Translations under genes and position numbers: made by a program | Shown: positions 12,808 through 26,115 of the stretch, one piece after another | Position numbering within the stretch: position 1 is the first letter of the stretch | Layout: the number at the start of each line of letters is the position of its first letter | NCBI GenBank assembly: GCA_951406725.2 | Contig: OX597834.1 | Coordinates: 15,686,001-15,750,000, forward strand | DNA from: Octopus vulgaris | Lineage: Eukaryota | DNA: 64,000 bases | Direction: 5' to 3' | Notes under the pieces: model-generated | The model's input: the letters and a program-made list of their open reading frames with translations, nothing else | Told to the model about the DNA's origin: nothing | The model's database searches: none

Positions 12808-13090
12808 GTAAGTCGATCTTCTCTCATATCAGATTCTTTATTATAATTACTTAATTGCTAATTAACTTTATTTATTTATTCTTTTTCTTTTGTCTTTTTC
12901 GTTTTTGGCTGTCTTGTATTTTAACCCCTGGTCAACGCTGATCACGTAGATCTGGAATCTCTTGTTTCTTTTTTCTATTTTTCTCTTTTCTTCAACTTCG
13001 TTTCCTTCTTCATCAGTTTCTCCCCCCCTTTTTTCTACTACTCTTCCTTCAACTTCTGTTTTCTTTTTTGTTTTTATTCTTATTCCTCGT

Positions 13091-13472
13091 GGAGGTGCAA
13101 TGGCCCAGTGGTTAGGGCAGCGGACTCGCGGTCATAGGATCGCGGTTTCGATTCCCAGACCGGGCGTTGTGAGTGTTTATTGAGCGAAAACACCTAAAGC
13201 TCCACGAGGCTCCGGCAGGGGATGGTGGTGATCCCTGCTGTACTCTTTCACCACAACTTTCTCTCACTCTTACTTCCTGTTTCTGTTGTACCTGTATTTC
13301 AAAGGGCCGGCCTTGTCACTCTCTGTGTCACGCTGAATATCCCCGAGAACTACGTTAAAGGTACAGGTGTCTGTGGAGTGCTCAGCCACTTACACGTTAA
13401 TTTCACGAGCAGGCTGTTCCGTTGATTCGGATCAACCGGAACCCTCGTCGTCGTAACCGACGGAGTGCTTCC
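13091..13472 (+). mobile_element. SINE-C (tRNA-derived, possibly tRNA-Arg; RTE-like tail)
   Basis: A box TGGCCCAGTGG, B box GGTTTCGATTCCC, tail CTCGTCGTCGTAACCGACGGAG. Flanked by ATTCTTAT on both sides. Confidence 0.88.
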
Positions 13473-13883
13473 ATTCTTATCCATCTTCTGCTCTTTCACC
13501 TTCTTCAGAAGCTTTTTTTCCCCCTATATTATGCATATTCCAACATGGCGACTTGACAAACTGCGTAATTATCAATACCTGATTCAACCAACCATGTTAG
13601 AATAACACACACTTTTCGTAGTATTGAGTACTTTTTCTGTTATTTGTTACTACTACTAACTACAAATTTTTTTTCCGTTATTTATATATTTTGTGATGCT
13701 TGATTTTCACCAAATTCCGTTGTATATTTTTCAATGATTTTTCTGTTGTTACTTCGAATATATTTAATGAGTATTTTCTTAAAAAGAATCGTCTTTTAAC
13801 AACCCGTGGCATACGTTCTAAATAACATATAATATACATGCACACACACACCCATACACACATATATTTTGCTCATAGGATTC

Positions 13884-14110
13884 AGGCGGCGAGCTGGCAG
13901 ACTCGTTAGCGCGCCGAGCGAAATGCTTAGCTGTATTTCGTCTGTCGTTACGTTCTGAGTTCAAATTCCGCCGAGGTCGACTTTGCCTTTCATCCTTTCG
14001 GGGTCGATAAATAAAGTACCAGTTTCGTACTGGGGTCGATGTAATCGACTTAATCCCTTTGTCTGTCTTTGTTTGTCCCCTCTATGTTTAGCTCCTTGTG
14101 GGCAATAAAT
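13884..14110 (+). mobile_element. SINE-B full length
   Basis: Matches family consensus. Confidence 0.92.
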
Positions 14111-14498
14111 AAATACATATAGGGTTCATGTATGAATTCTATATGGGTATAATGAATCCGATATGGGTATAAATGTATGTATATAAAATAAAATATAAAG
14201 ATAAATGGGTCTTTCTCCTTTTGAGCCACCATAAACGTCTGTCTAAAGGAGTTAATGTGTTTATCTGCGTCAATATCTGCTTTATTACATGTATGATCCT
14301 CCGTAACTTTCTTACATCTTACGATCTATAACTATGAATCATAATTCTTCCCCTACCTGGTCTATACCATTTTTGATTGTCTGTTTGTTTCATGATACCT
14401 CCATTTTGCTCATTTTATATATCGGTCCCTTTTAACTATAACTTTGCTTGTGTAAGGATCAATCGATTACTCGACAAGTCATCATATCACTCTGTTTT

Positions 14499-14608
14499 AA
14501 ATATCGTCTGATGAGCGTGGGGACTGCAATATGCTTTGTGTAATCCAAAACATTGCATGAGGCTTACATTGAATAAATATTCTCAGCGAAACAATTCTCA
14601 CAAAATTT
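14499..14608 (+). ncRNA. Degraded type I hammerhead ribozyme motif with long helix II
   Basis: AAATATCGT-CTGATGA-GC(g)TGGGGA...TTCTCAGC-GAAAC-AATT-CTC-ACAAAATTT. Confidence 0.55.
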
Positions 14609-14621
14609 GTTCGTTTATATT

Positions 14622-14662
<41 letters not shown>

Positions 14663-14728
14663 GTCTCTCTCTCTCTCTCTCTTATAAATAAAAGAAGAAA
14701 AGAATTAACAATAACAAACAACAAGAGG

Positions 14729-14920
14729 ACGCCCGGTAGATCGCTAGCCATTACACATTCTTTATTTTCCCTCATTGTTTCTTTCTGTGTTCCTTTCTGT
14801 GGAAGAGCGTAGGCTCGAAACATTAAAGACTTTATCACTTCCCAAGCGTTATACTAATTCATCAGATTGTTATCTATACCACTTCGACTTTTGTTTTTTT
14901 TTCTTTTTTGTGAATTTTCC

Positions 14921-14924
<4 letters not shown>
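14729..14924 (+). mobile_element. Family D hammerhead-bearing ~190-bp element, copy 1 (diverged)
   Basis: Homologous to 14952-15120, 37407-37598 and 40297-40483. Motif CTTT-CTGTGGAA-GAGC-GTAG-GCTC-GAAAC-ATT-AAAG at 14793-14828. Confidence 0.75.
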
Positions 14925-14951
<27 letters not shown>

Positions 14952-14954
<3 letters not shown>

Positions 14955-15116
14955 TCTCTCCTTGTTTCTCTCCTTGTTTTTTCTGTGTCCCCTTTCTGTA
15001 GAAGAGCATAGGCTCGAAAGGTAAAAGACTTTTTCTATATTCCTGAGCGTTATACAAATACATCTGTTTGTTTTGTACACCACCTGTCTCCGTCTTTTGT
15101 TTTTTTCGTAAACTCT

Positions 15117-15120
<4 letters not shown>
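14952..15120 (+). mobile_element. Family D element, copy 2
   Basis: CTTT-CTGTAGAA-GAGC-ATAG-GCTC-GAAAG-GTA-AAAG at 14992-15027; TA tracts on both sides. Confidence 0.8.
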
Positions 15121-15170
<50 letters not shown>

Positions 15171-15176
<6 letters not shown>

Positions 15177-15434
15177 TTTATTTAAAAGCAGTAGAAATAT
15201 AACAAAAGCTGTTACTCAGAGTTTCACGTTCCCGTTCGTCGGACAGTTTTAACATAGTTAAAGGATACACCTTTGTTCAATTTTAACAAAACTGTCCCAC
15301 GAACGGGAACGTGAAACTCTGAGTAACAGCTTTTGTTATATTTCTGCTGCTTCTAAATAAAGCATATTACTCTACATCTGGTATTTGAGTACTCTTTTTT
15401 TATACCTAGTTTCACATTCATGTGCTTACTCCGG
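15171..15434 (+). mobile_element. Family E fold-back element (80-bp inverted arms plus tail) with two hammerhead motifs
   Basis: Arms 15171-15250 and 15288-15367. Minus-strand motif CTGT-CCGACGA-ACG-GGAA-CGT-GAAAC-TCTGA-GTA-ACAG. Confidence 0.82.
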
Positions 15435-15480
15435 TATGTATGTATGTGTATTGTTAAACCTCGCTAAGATAAATATTTCA

Positions 15481-15547
15481 ATCACCTGAAGATTGACTGT
15501 AACTTGAATTTTTACGAATTGGACAGCCATGAAACGATCATAGTGTT
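15481..15547 (+). ncRNA. Type I hammerhead ribozyme motif (canonical CUGAAGA core, slightly decayed)
   Basis: CAC-CTGAAGA-t-TGACTGT...ACAGCCA-t-GAAAC-GATC-ATA-GTG. Confidence 0.6.
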
Positions 15548-15672
15548 ATATTCATTATCTGTTTTTAATAATTTTGCTATATATTTAAAATAATATAAAT
15601 TAATTAATCTTATGTATTGGCTTAACTTTTTCATTGTATGATTTGCCTAATAGTGGTTTTATCTCTAATTGA

Positions 15673-15718
<46 letters not shown>

Positions 15719-16045
15719 ATGGCTCAGTGGTTAGAGCGTCTGGCTCACGATCATGAGGTAGTGAGTTCGACGGGGCTGTGTGTTGTGTTCGTGAGCAAGC
15801 CGAACTTTATTTCACATTGCTCCAGTTCACTCAGCTGTAGAAATGAGTTGTGACATCACTGGTACCAGGCTGTATCGGCCTTTGCCTTTCCCTTGGATAA
15901 CATCAGTGGCGTGCTAAGGAGAGGCTGGTATATATGGGCAACTGCTAGTCTTCCATAGACAACTTTGCACAGATTTGAGCCTCGGAAGGGAACTTTCTAG
16001 GTGCAATCCCATCGTCATTCATGACCGAAGGCGTTTCTTTACCCT
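15719..16045 (+). mobile_element. SINE-C-related copy
   Basis: TGGCTCAGTGGTTAGAGC head; TCGTCATTCATGACCGAAGG tail. Confidence 0.75.
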
Positions 16046-16218
16046 TTCTTATAATACCTTTTCTGATTAAATGCTGCCCTTGCATGTCGTATATAACATA
16101 TTGAAATATAAAACAGCGTACCGTACCTTCAAATGTGTTAAGTAACTTGTCTTTCATGTGCAAACATTTTTTGTTTGACTAAGGATATTTCTGCAACACT
16201 GTGTGTGTGTGAATGTGT

Positions 16219-16616
16219 AAGGCGGCGAGCTGGCAGAAACGTTAACACGCCGGGCGAAATGCTTAGCGGTATTTCGTCTGCCGCTACGTTCTGAGTTCAA
16301 ATTCCGCCGTGGTCGACTTTGCCATTCATCATTTCGGGGTCGATTAAATAAGTACCGGTTACGCACTGGGGTCGATATAATCGACTTAATTCGTTTGTCT
16401 GTCCTTGTTTGTTCCCTCTGTGTTTAGCCCCTTGTGGGTAGTAAAGAAATAGGTATTTCGTCTGCCGTCACGTTCTGAGTTCAAATTTCGCCGAAGTCGA
16501 CTTTTGCTTTCATCTTTTCGGGGTCGATAAATTCAATACCAGGTTGCTTACTGGATCGATCTAATCGACAGGTCCCTCCCAAAAGATTTCTGGGCATTTA
16601 CCTAGAGTAGAAAAGA

Positions 16617-16617
<1 letters not shown>
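16219..16617 (+). mobile_element. SINE-B dimer (full unit plus headless unit)
   Basis: Junction AGAAATAG|GTATTTCG at 16452/16453. Confidence 0.88.
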
Positions 16618-16672
<55 letters not shown>

Positions 16673-16859
16673 GTGTGTTTATATCAATTTATCATTCAAC
16701 AGGAGGATTACTCAATGCATTTTAGTAGAATAAATGTAAATTAAACTTTCACAAGAATGGGAGTGACAATGACTTCGACGTTTCGATAGGCTAGCCTTCG
16801 CATATTCAATATGCCTACACAAGAAATGGCTTTATGAAATTAGTAATAGCATACTATGG

Positions 16860-16920
<61 letters not shown>

Positions 16921-16921
16921 A

Positions 16922-17152
16922 ATTTAAAGCAGCAGAAAATTCAACAAAGCATGTTACTCTGAGTTTCACGTTCCCGTTCGTCGGACAGTTTTTGCTAGAA
17001 TCTAGCAAAGATTGTCCGACGAACGGAACGTGAAACTCAGAGTAACAGGTTTTGTTGAATTTTCTGCTGCTTTAAATAAAGCATATTACTCTACCACTGG
17101 TATTTGAGTACTCTTTTTTCCAGCTTGTTTCACATTTATGTGTTTACTCCGG
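16922..17152 (+). mobile_element. Family E fold-back element, copy 2
   Basis: Palindrome 16922-17077 centred on TTGCTAGA-A-TCTAGCAA. Hammerhead motifs at 16951-16990 (-) and 17011-17048 (+). Tail matches copy 1. Confidence 0.82.
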
Positions 17153-17169
17153 TGTATATATATATATAT

Positions 17170-17260
17170 AATCAAAATAAGCAACAAGAATAACTTCGGT
17201 AATTTGGTACGATCGTTTCGCACTACATCATTTTATTAAATGTTATTAAGTGTGCATCTA
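17170..17260 (-). mobile_element. Family H Penelope-like end with truncated hammerhead
   Basis: Minus strand ..AGA-T-GCAC...GTGC-GAAAC-GATC-GTA. Terminus ATCAAAATAAGCAACAAGA resembles that at 26085. Confidence 0.5.
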
Positions 17261-17300
17261 ACTTAAGTACCATATTCATTTGAATCTAAATTTTGCTGAA

Positions 17301-17342
<42 letters not shown>

Positions 17343-17440
17343 TATGCACGTGCGCGCAGAGAAAAACGACAAAGACAGTGTAACGAGAAACTGACATGCA
17401 CAAAGGTGTGTGTAAACACACACATACACACACACACACA

Positions 17441-17490
<50 letters not shown>

Positions 17491-18243
17491 ACACGCACAC
17501 TCACTCTCATATATGTAACTCCATACATACACAGACAGCCAGACAGGCTGGTAGGCAGACAGACAAAAAGAGAGATGAATTACTTGTTCAAGCATCATAA
17601 TTACCTTCTATAAATTTTTGTTAGTTCTTTTCTTTATTTCATTTTTATTTTTGCTCTTTTTATTGTTTTTGTTTACGTCTAATTTTTTTCTTTTCTTTTA
17701 CCTCGTATTTTTTATTTAGTTTTTACTGCTTTTTACATATTTTTATCTTTTTCCCATTTTCTTTTTTCTTCATATTTACTTTAGCATTTTAGTTACTTTT
17801 TATTTTTATTTCCATTTTTTAATTTTTTTTTTTTTGTCAGCAAGTTGAAGACGGGGTTGTTCGTATTTTGCTCTATATTGTTTTGGTGGGGTATTTTTTG
17901 CCTGTTTTTCTTTATTTTTTTTTACTCTTCTACACACACACACACATATATATATATTCTTTTTCTCTTTGCTGGTGATTGCTGCTATGAGATGTGGTGA
18001 GTGTAGATTGGCAGACAATTTCTTTCCTCATAACCACCATCACCGTTCTAGCAACAACAACAACAACAACAACAACAATCATCGGCATCATAAACTCACA
18101 GACCAAACCAACCGACAAACCAACCAACCAACCCATTTACTACTCGGTGGTTCTTTGATGTTAACTTATCTTCTGATGATCGAGCGGGAAATGGCCATTT
18201 GAGCGCCCGATAAATTACATGTTTTATATATATATATATATAG

Positions 18244-18288
<45 letters not shown>

Positions 18289-18386
18289 CATGTATGTATA
18301 TATATATATATATATACACACACATACCTACACAGGCATATGCTTACATAAAATCATATAAAATACATATATATATACATACATAT

Positions 18387-18444
<58 letters not shown>

Positions 18445-18551
18445 CACACACACACACACAAAACGCTTGTGTGTGCGTTTGTAATGTTATATACTGAAGA
18501 GGAAATTAACGCTTGCTCTTGGCTCTTTTGTGTACACACAAGTATATGTGT

Positions 18552-18604
<53 letters not shown>

Positions 18605-18620
18605 GTAAGAAAGCATATGC

Positions 18621-18653
<33 letters not shown>

Positions 18654-18730
18654 TTTTATATACACATATATATGTTTATACATATATATATATATGTTTA
18701 TATATATATATACATATATGTAGTATATAC

Positions 18731-18790
<60 letters not shown>

Positions 18791-18798
18791 TGTAGTAT

Positions 18799-18838
<40 letters not shown>

Positions 18839-18847
18839 ATATAGTTT

Positions 18848-18879
<32 letters not shown>

Positions 18880-18895
18880 TGTAGTATATACGTTT

Positions 18896-18937
<42 letters not shown>

Positions 18938-19502
18938 AGGGGGACCCTGTTTTCGTGTACGTATACACGAACGCATGTATGAGTGCGTACCACACATACG
19001 TTAGATGAATCGTTTTCTTGCAGACAAGGCAGGGGCTGGATATCGATTGGCGGTTAGATCTCTAATCAGTGTTATCATGCTGAGCTTATATGTACATATA
19101 TCTACATGTTTTGAGCGACCAACGAAGCACAAGGGAGCATGCGTATGTGTCCGCTTGTGCATTAGATGTCTGTGATCGTCTGTGCGTGTACGAGTCTGTG
19201 TTTGTGTCCATTTGTCATGATGTATGTCTAAATATGTCATAGGAGAAAAAAACTACAATTATGAATTCTCTTATATATTCAGGTGTGTGTGGCGAGAGAG
19301 AGAGAGAGAGAGAGAAAAAGAGAATTGTTTGATAAAGCCAGAAGAGAGGTGATCGAGACCGATCTTGTAATAGTTGTGGTTCTGCCCTGTGTTTTTAAAC
19401 AGGAAAATACAATTTGTATGTGTGAGTGTATACAACGAGTATGTATATACAAATATATGTGTGTGTTTGTGTGTGTATATATATATATACACACATATAG
19501 TC

Positions 19503-19533
<31 letters not shown>

Positions 19534-19534
19534 A

Positions 19535-19636
<102 letters not shown>

Positions 19637-19675
19637 AAGGGTAAAGGGTAAAGACCCAGTCTATATATATATATA

Positions 19676-19717
<42 letters not shown>

Positions 19718-20621
19718 TATAGTCTCTCTCTCTATATATATATATATACATACATATATATAGTCTATATATATATATATTTAAAAGAGAGAGAGAAGGG
19801 AAGAAACACGTACACACATATTTGGCTAGCAAGAGATAGAGTATACTTGTTGATTAAATAGCGTAGAACGTTTGATGGTCATGCCTTTCCAAAACGTAAA
19901 ACTTAACTTGCAAACTGATTACTGAACTTCTAATATAAAACTGGAGGCCAACAAGGCAGTCTCCAGGTCAACCGGGTACAACTGGGGAATTACTATATAC
20001 CTTGAAATCTTGATTCTCAAGCTTGTTTGGTCGATGAGCCTTTTATATGTTTTTTCCAAAACCCACAGAACGTATACCAATAGTTAAAGGATAAATTTCG
20101 TCCCCTAATTTAAATAGGGTTTCGAAAGAAACAGAACTTGATTTTGAACATTCATTTATTCATATGAAAATCATTTAAAAAATATTTTGGTTGTGGGTCA
20201 ATTGGGGAGTAAAGCATCCATGACCCTTTGGTGGGCCCGACGATTGGTAGGAGAGAGAGAGGGGACTTTTTCCTCAATTTGCGAACTTGTTTCCGTAGGG
20301 TGGATTCTGTAAATGGCACACACACGAGGTGCCGAGAAGTTGTGTTAAACCACGCCAAAGATTAAGTATGCTACTCAAGGAAGCCATGGTAGGATTCGAA
20401 CTGACAACGCATAGTACCGGATAAAATACCACAAGGTATCGTTCCGACATTCAGTCGCTCGGCTGTGTTTTTGAAAAGTCCTCGACTGAACTCAACAACA
20501 TTGAGTAAACTACTTTTACTAAATATATTACGAGTAAATGTTCAACATATGATATGTGATACGTGTATGTACGCACAGCGCTGCTGCTATACTGGAGGAC
20601 TGCCTTGAAAGATTTAAGCCT

Positions 20622-20654
<33 letters not shown>

Positions 20655-20656
<2 letters not shown>

Positions 20657-20909
20657 CGTGACCGATCAGACTATCAGATGTTACACATCGCTGGTCACAA
20701 TGCGCTTTTTGCATCATTTTAGACTTCGAAAGACGCCACCACACTGGCTTCGCGAGCAGGCCAGCATTACCCCCTGATCGAAAGGGAGACTGGAGCAACG
20801 GGAAATGAAGTGCTTTGCTCAAGAAAACAACGAGCCGCCCAGTCGAGAATCGAACCCGCGATCTGGCGATCGTGTGTGCAACAGCTTAACCACTCGGCCA
20901 TGCACCTTC
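20655..20909 (-). mobile_element. SINE-C-related copy
   Basis: GAATCGAACCC B-box and AACCACTCGGCCA A-box on the minus strand. Confidence 0.7.
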
Positions 20910-22795
20910 AGACACACACACACACACGCGACGGATCTCCACTAACTTTCCGTCTACCAAATTCACTCACAAGGTATTTGTCGGCCCGGAGCTATGGTAG
21001 AAAAATCTTGCCCAAGGTAGAAACGAACTTTCAAGAAGTTAGCAATAACTTCACATAATTATATCTAGCCAATGCTATTCTTATTCCGTTCTCTGTTGAG
21101 ATTGCACAAGAAGATTGTATCCGAACTCACGTGATTACAAAGTGAAATTTTTAGCCACATATCATGCGTGTGTGTATATGTATGTATGTGTCATTAATAC
21201 TCCATACAAGCAGTAGTTAAGAATAAATAAATCATGTTGAAAATGCACAGAGTATATTAACAAATTTATTTAAATTTTAAAATACATACACTTAACCGGT
21301 TTCATATTCCTATGATTTTCTAAATTCTATGTTATGAGGAACGTGGAATGGTCGCATATAGTTTCCATTGTATAAACATATAATTGAGCTTAGGAATAAT
21401 GCAATCCCGGCATTTCAATGAAAAACAAAACGGGCTGAATAAATAACAGACGTTATGAATTATATAAGTGTACCGAGATAGCAATGAGCAACTCGGGTAC
21501 ATCCACCGAGTACGCTGCAACGGAGATTCGAAGCTACAATCGCCGATTGATTACCAAGTCAGTTGTAGCGATATGGAAGCAACAAAAATGTTCAAATATC
21601 GACGGAATAACAGCTTGGTTATATTTTATTTAATATTTTTCATTACATATTCTTTACTTCATTGTTTTACTATCTCCTGCTGCATGCGTGTATATGACTC
21701 TGTGTATGGCTCTGTGTGTGTGTGTGTGTGTGTGTGAATACATGTATGTATATAATTATATATGTATATTATATATTGCAGTTTCTATACCATTTCATGC
21801 ATGATAAAGTTACAATATAATTATCTTATGCTCCCATGTACAAGTTTTTAGACAGATTTTTTTTCATCTTAAGTGTGTATATAAGTTTGTAAGTGCATGT
21901 GCAGGTATGTATGTGCATATATGTGCATATGAATGCATATGTACATATAGGTATACATGTTTATGTATACATATGTATATGTGTGTGTGTACTAATGTAT
22001 ATGTATGTATATATGTGTGTATACTTCTGTATATGTGTATATACATCTGTATATGTATATATATGTGTGTACACTTCTGTATATATACATATATATGTGT
22101 GTGTGTGTGTGTGCACTTGTGTATATGTATATATATTTATATATATATGTGTGTGTGTGTGTGTACACGTCTGTATATGTATATATATATATATGTGTGT
22201 GTGTGTACACCTCTGTATATGTATATATGTATATATGTGTGTAAACTTCTGTATATGTATCTATAAAAAGGTTAATATATGTATATATGTCTTCATATAC
22301 ATGCATGTATATATATATACATATATATATATATATGTATGTATATATATACATATGCATGTATACGTGGATGTATATATATGCATACATATGCATGTAT
22401 ACATGTGTATTTGTATATATACTGATGTAAGTAGGTATATATATATATATATATATGCTTCTATATAAGTATATATATATATATGCTGATATATATTATA
22501 TATGTGTATATATATACACACACACACACATGCATAGTTCATATACTCGTTGCATGTGTAATTGGTGACGGAAGCTACAGCCATTTCATGAAAATCTGCC
22601 TATGTATATGAAAGTATATACATGTCTACTTACTCTTCTATGCTTGTGTCTATATGGGCGTACACTTGTGTCTGCAGGCCTGTGTCATTATGTACATATC
22701 GTTCACGTAAAAGAGTACCGGCAGAATGCATACACATTTGTCTGTGTATTCAGAAGTACCTTTACTTATGTATGATATAAATATATATATATATA

Positions 22796-22836
<41 letters not shown>

Positions 22837-23313
22837 GGGGTGGAGAGAGATAGGTTAGGCTTTTAGATTCCAATGCGTTCTACAGATAAAGACGGGTACG
22901 TGCATACTGTATATAATGCACACATATACCCGCTTATATACACATATACATACGTTGTCGTATACAAACACGTATACACACATCTGCATATACATGCTCA
23001 TACACACACACTCAATATGTACGCACATACGCATATATATATCTATATATATATACATATATATACATACACATACACACACGCATATATATATATATAT
23101 ATATGTATGTATCATACATAAATTGTTGCATATATATATCTCATCCTGTGTAGGTACGTTCGATTATTTCCTATCTCTTTTTTTTATTATTATTCAGTCT
23201 TCAATTATTTCTTTATTTCATTGTCTATTTGTTGATTGGTTGGCTCCTTGCTGCGTACATCGGGCCCTGTTTGGAATGGATATATGGCAGTAAGTTTATT
23301 TATGAGTCCGACT

Positions 23314-23523
23314 GTACGCCGTTATATATATATACATATATATATATATATACATATATATACATATGTATATATATATATATATATATACATATATATA
23401 TGTTTATATATATATATACATATATATATGTTTATATATATACATATATATATACATACATATATATATATATACATACATATATATATACATATATATA
23501 TATATGCATACATATATATATAC

Positions 23524-23574
<51 letters not shown>

Positions 23575-23862
23575 CATATATATATACATATATATATATA
23601 TACATATATATACATATATATATACATACATATATATATATATATATATGTATTCACGCATATATATATATACACATATATATATATGTGTGTATATATA
23701 TATACACATATATATATATATATACACATATATATATGTGTGTGTGTGTGTATATATATACACAGATATATATATACACACATATTTATATATATACACA
23801 CACATATATATATATATGTGTGTGTATACACATTTATATATATACATATATGTATATATATC
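23314..23862. repeat. Long imperfect (TA)n/(TACA)n microsatellite; one of many (e.g. 18560-18935, 21890-22530, 24505-24900, 44810-45545)
   Basis: Directly visible. Confidence 0.95.
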
Positions 23863-24762
23863 AGTGTGTCTGGCATAAATATTCTCTAGTTCGTCAGAAT
23901 CGTTGATGGTGGCTCGTTGGTTTGCTGTTGGCCATTGTTATTTATTTATGTATTTATTTATTCGTTTATTTATTTATTCATTTATATATTTATTATATGC
24001 GAGTTTCAGAAGTTATTCCAAAATGAACGCTCTATTGGATATAATGATTGCGGAATGGAAAGGATCAAGATAGTGAACAGACATTGAAATTGCTACCTAA
24101 TCTGCAGGATGTTAAAGATAGCTGGTTGGTTGCCTGGTGTTGCCGGTTCTTGCTACTTAATACCATTAACGGTACACACAAGTGCTATCACCATTTTTTT
24201 TTTTTTTCATATGAATGTAGAGATGTGTTTAGGAGTGTTGATGGGTTTGTGTGTCCGTGTATGTATGTATGTATGTATGTATGTATGTATGTATGTATGT
24301 ATGTATGTATGTATGTATGTATGTATGTATGTATGAAAAAATAAATGTTTATGAAGATGTGCGCATGATATATATATATATAGAGAGAGAGAGGGTGAGG
24401 TGAAAGCGAGGGAGAGAGATGATTGTTTTGCCTACTGATATACAAGCATGTATATATTATAGGTATATAAACGCCGTTCTCTCTCTCGCTACTTATGTAC
24501 AATTATTTATATATATATATATTTATATATATATAAAATATATACATTTATATATTTATATATATATATATATATATATGCTTTTATATTTATATATATT
24601 TATATATATATGCTTTTATATTTATATATATATGCTTTATATTTATATATATATTTATATTTATATGTTTTATATTTATATATATATATATTTATATATA
24701 TATGCTTTTGTATGTATATATATATTTATATATGTATGCTTTTATATTTATATATATATATT

Positions 24763-24821
<59 letters not shown>

Positions 24822-24833
24822 CTTATATATATA

Positions 24834-24874
<41 letters not shown>

Positions 24875-25861
24875 TATATTTATCTATGTGTGTGTGTTTG
24901 TAAATGTATATATAAATATGTAAATTTATATATATGCATATATGTATTAGTGTGTATGTGTATTTATATATAATGTGCATTTATACATGCACTAACACAT
25001 ACACAGATGTTGATATGTACATGTGAGTACATATGAGTGTGGTTATGTGTATGCATTTATGTATGTATGTATGTATGTATGTATGTATGTATGTATGTGT
25101 GTGTGTATGTATAGGAGTAGCTGTTCGCGAATTTATTGATGAATGTGTATACTTATATACGTTTCTATGTCCACTCCATAACTTTGTCTGCAAAATGAGA
25201 AGTTATCCTTTCTAAATAACAAAAACACATCAACTGGACTAACGCCACGACCTAAACGTTTGCGACGTGACATGGCTTCTGTCGGTTAATTATGAGACCG
25301 ACATTGAACCCAGTTTAAGAACGACGGAGATTAATATATTCATGATATGTATTAAGATTTTTGCGTACAATGCACAGGCGGCTGTACGTTGGCGATTTCA
25401 CTTTAGTGACTCGTTGGACATAAGCGCTTATATGTGTGTGTGTATGAGAGGGAGAGAGAGTTATTGATGTACGTAGACATGTATGTAGGTATACACATCC
25501 GTCAATACATTTGCAAACAACTACTCCTATACATGCAAACATGCATACATTACATACGTTATTCATAAAATATTGTTTCGTTAATGTCAACCCATCAGGA
25601 GTACGAATATGCAAATTAAGTGTTCAGCCCTGGTTTATGTCTGTTTTGTACATCAACTGAATTGTGCTGTTCATTAAGGAATCCGGGTATGTCTGTTTTG
25701 GGGACTTGTCGAGAAATCATGAAACAGTCCGTCAGGAGACTCCCTCCCTCCATCATTCCCCCTGCCATGCAAATGAACAGCATAGAAAGTGTGTGTACAT
25801 TCCCAGTGAGGCTTCCTAGTATCAAGATATATTTCATACCTTCTTATTTATACTGTATGTA

Positions 25862-25915
<54 letters not shown>

Positions 25916-25919
<4 letters not shown>

Positions 25920-26055
25920 TAATAAAAGGGTAAATTATAATTTCAAATTCGTATAGTAATAGAAAAGGAATTTTAACTCCTATTTCTAAATTCGGTATGT
26001 GGTGAAGCAATTAGCTAAACCCTAATTATAATTATGTTTATAATTATAAAATATT
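25916..26055. mobile_element. Family F element fragment
   Basis: CTATTTCTAAATTCGGTATGTGGTGAAGCAA..CCCTAATTATA shared with 47301-47570 and 48847-49078. Confidence 0.65.
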
Positions 26056-26115
26056 TGTATGTATATATATATATATATATACATATCAAATAAGTAACAG
26101 GATGTCAAGTATTAA

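Noticed and set aside
13091-13170. Possible tRNA-Arg gene
   Set aside because: A and B boxes are present, but there is no proper acceptor stem and the sequence continues into a SINE body seen in many copies.
21285-21310. GAAACCGGTT palindrome on the minus strand (possible hammerhead half)
   Set aside because: No upstream CUGANGA-like core or helix I could be found.
25616-25850. Unique-looking ORFs on both strands
   Set aside because: No recognisable domain and no convincing splice-site pair.
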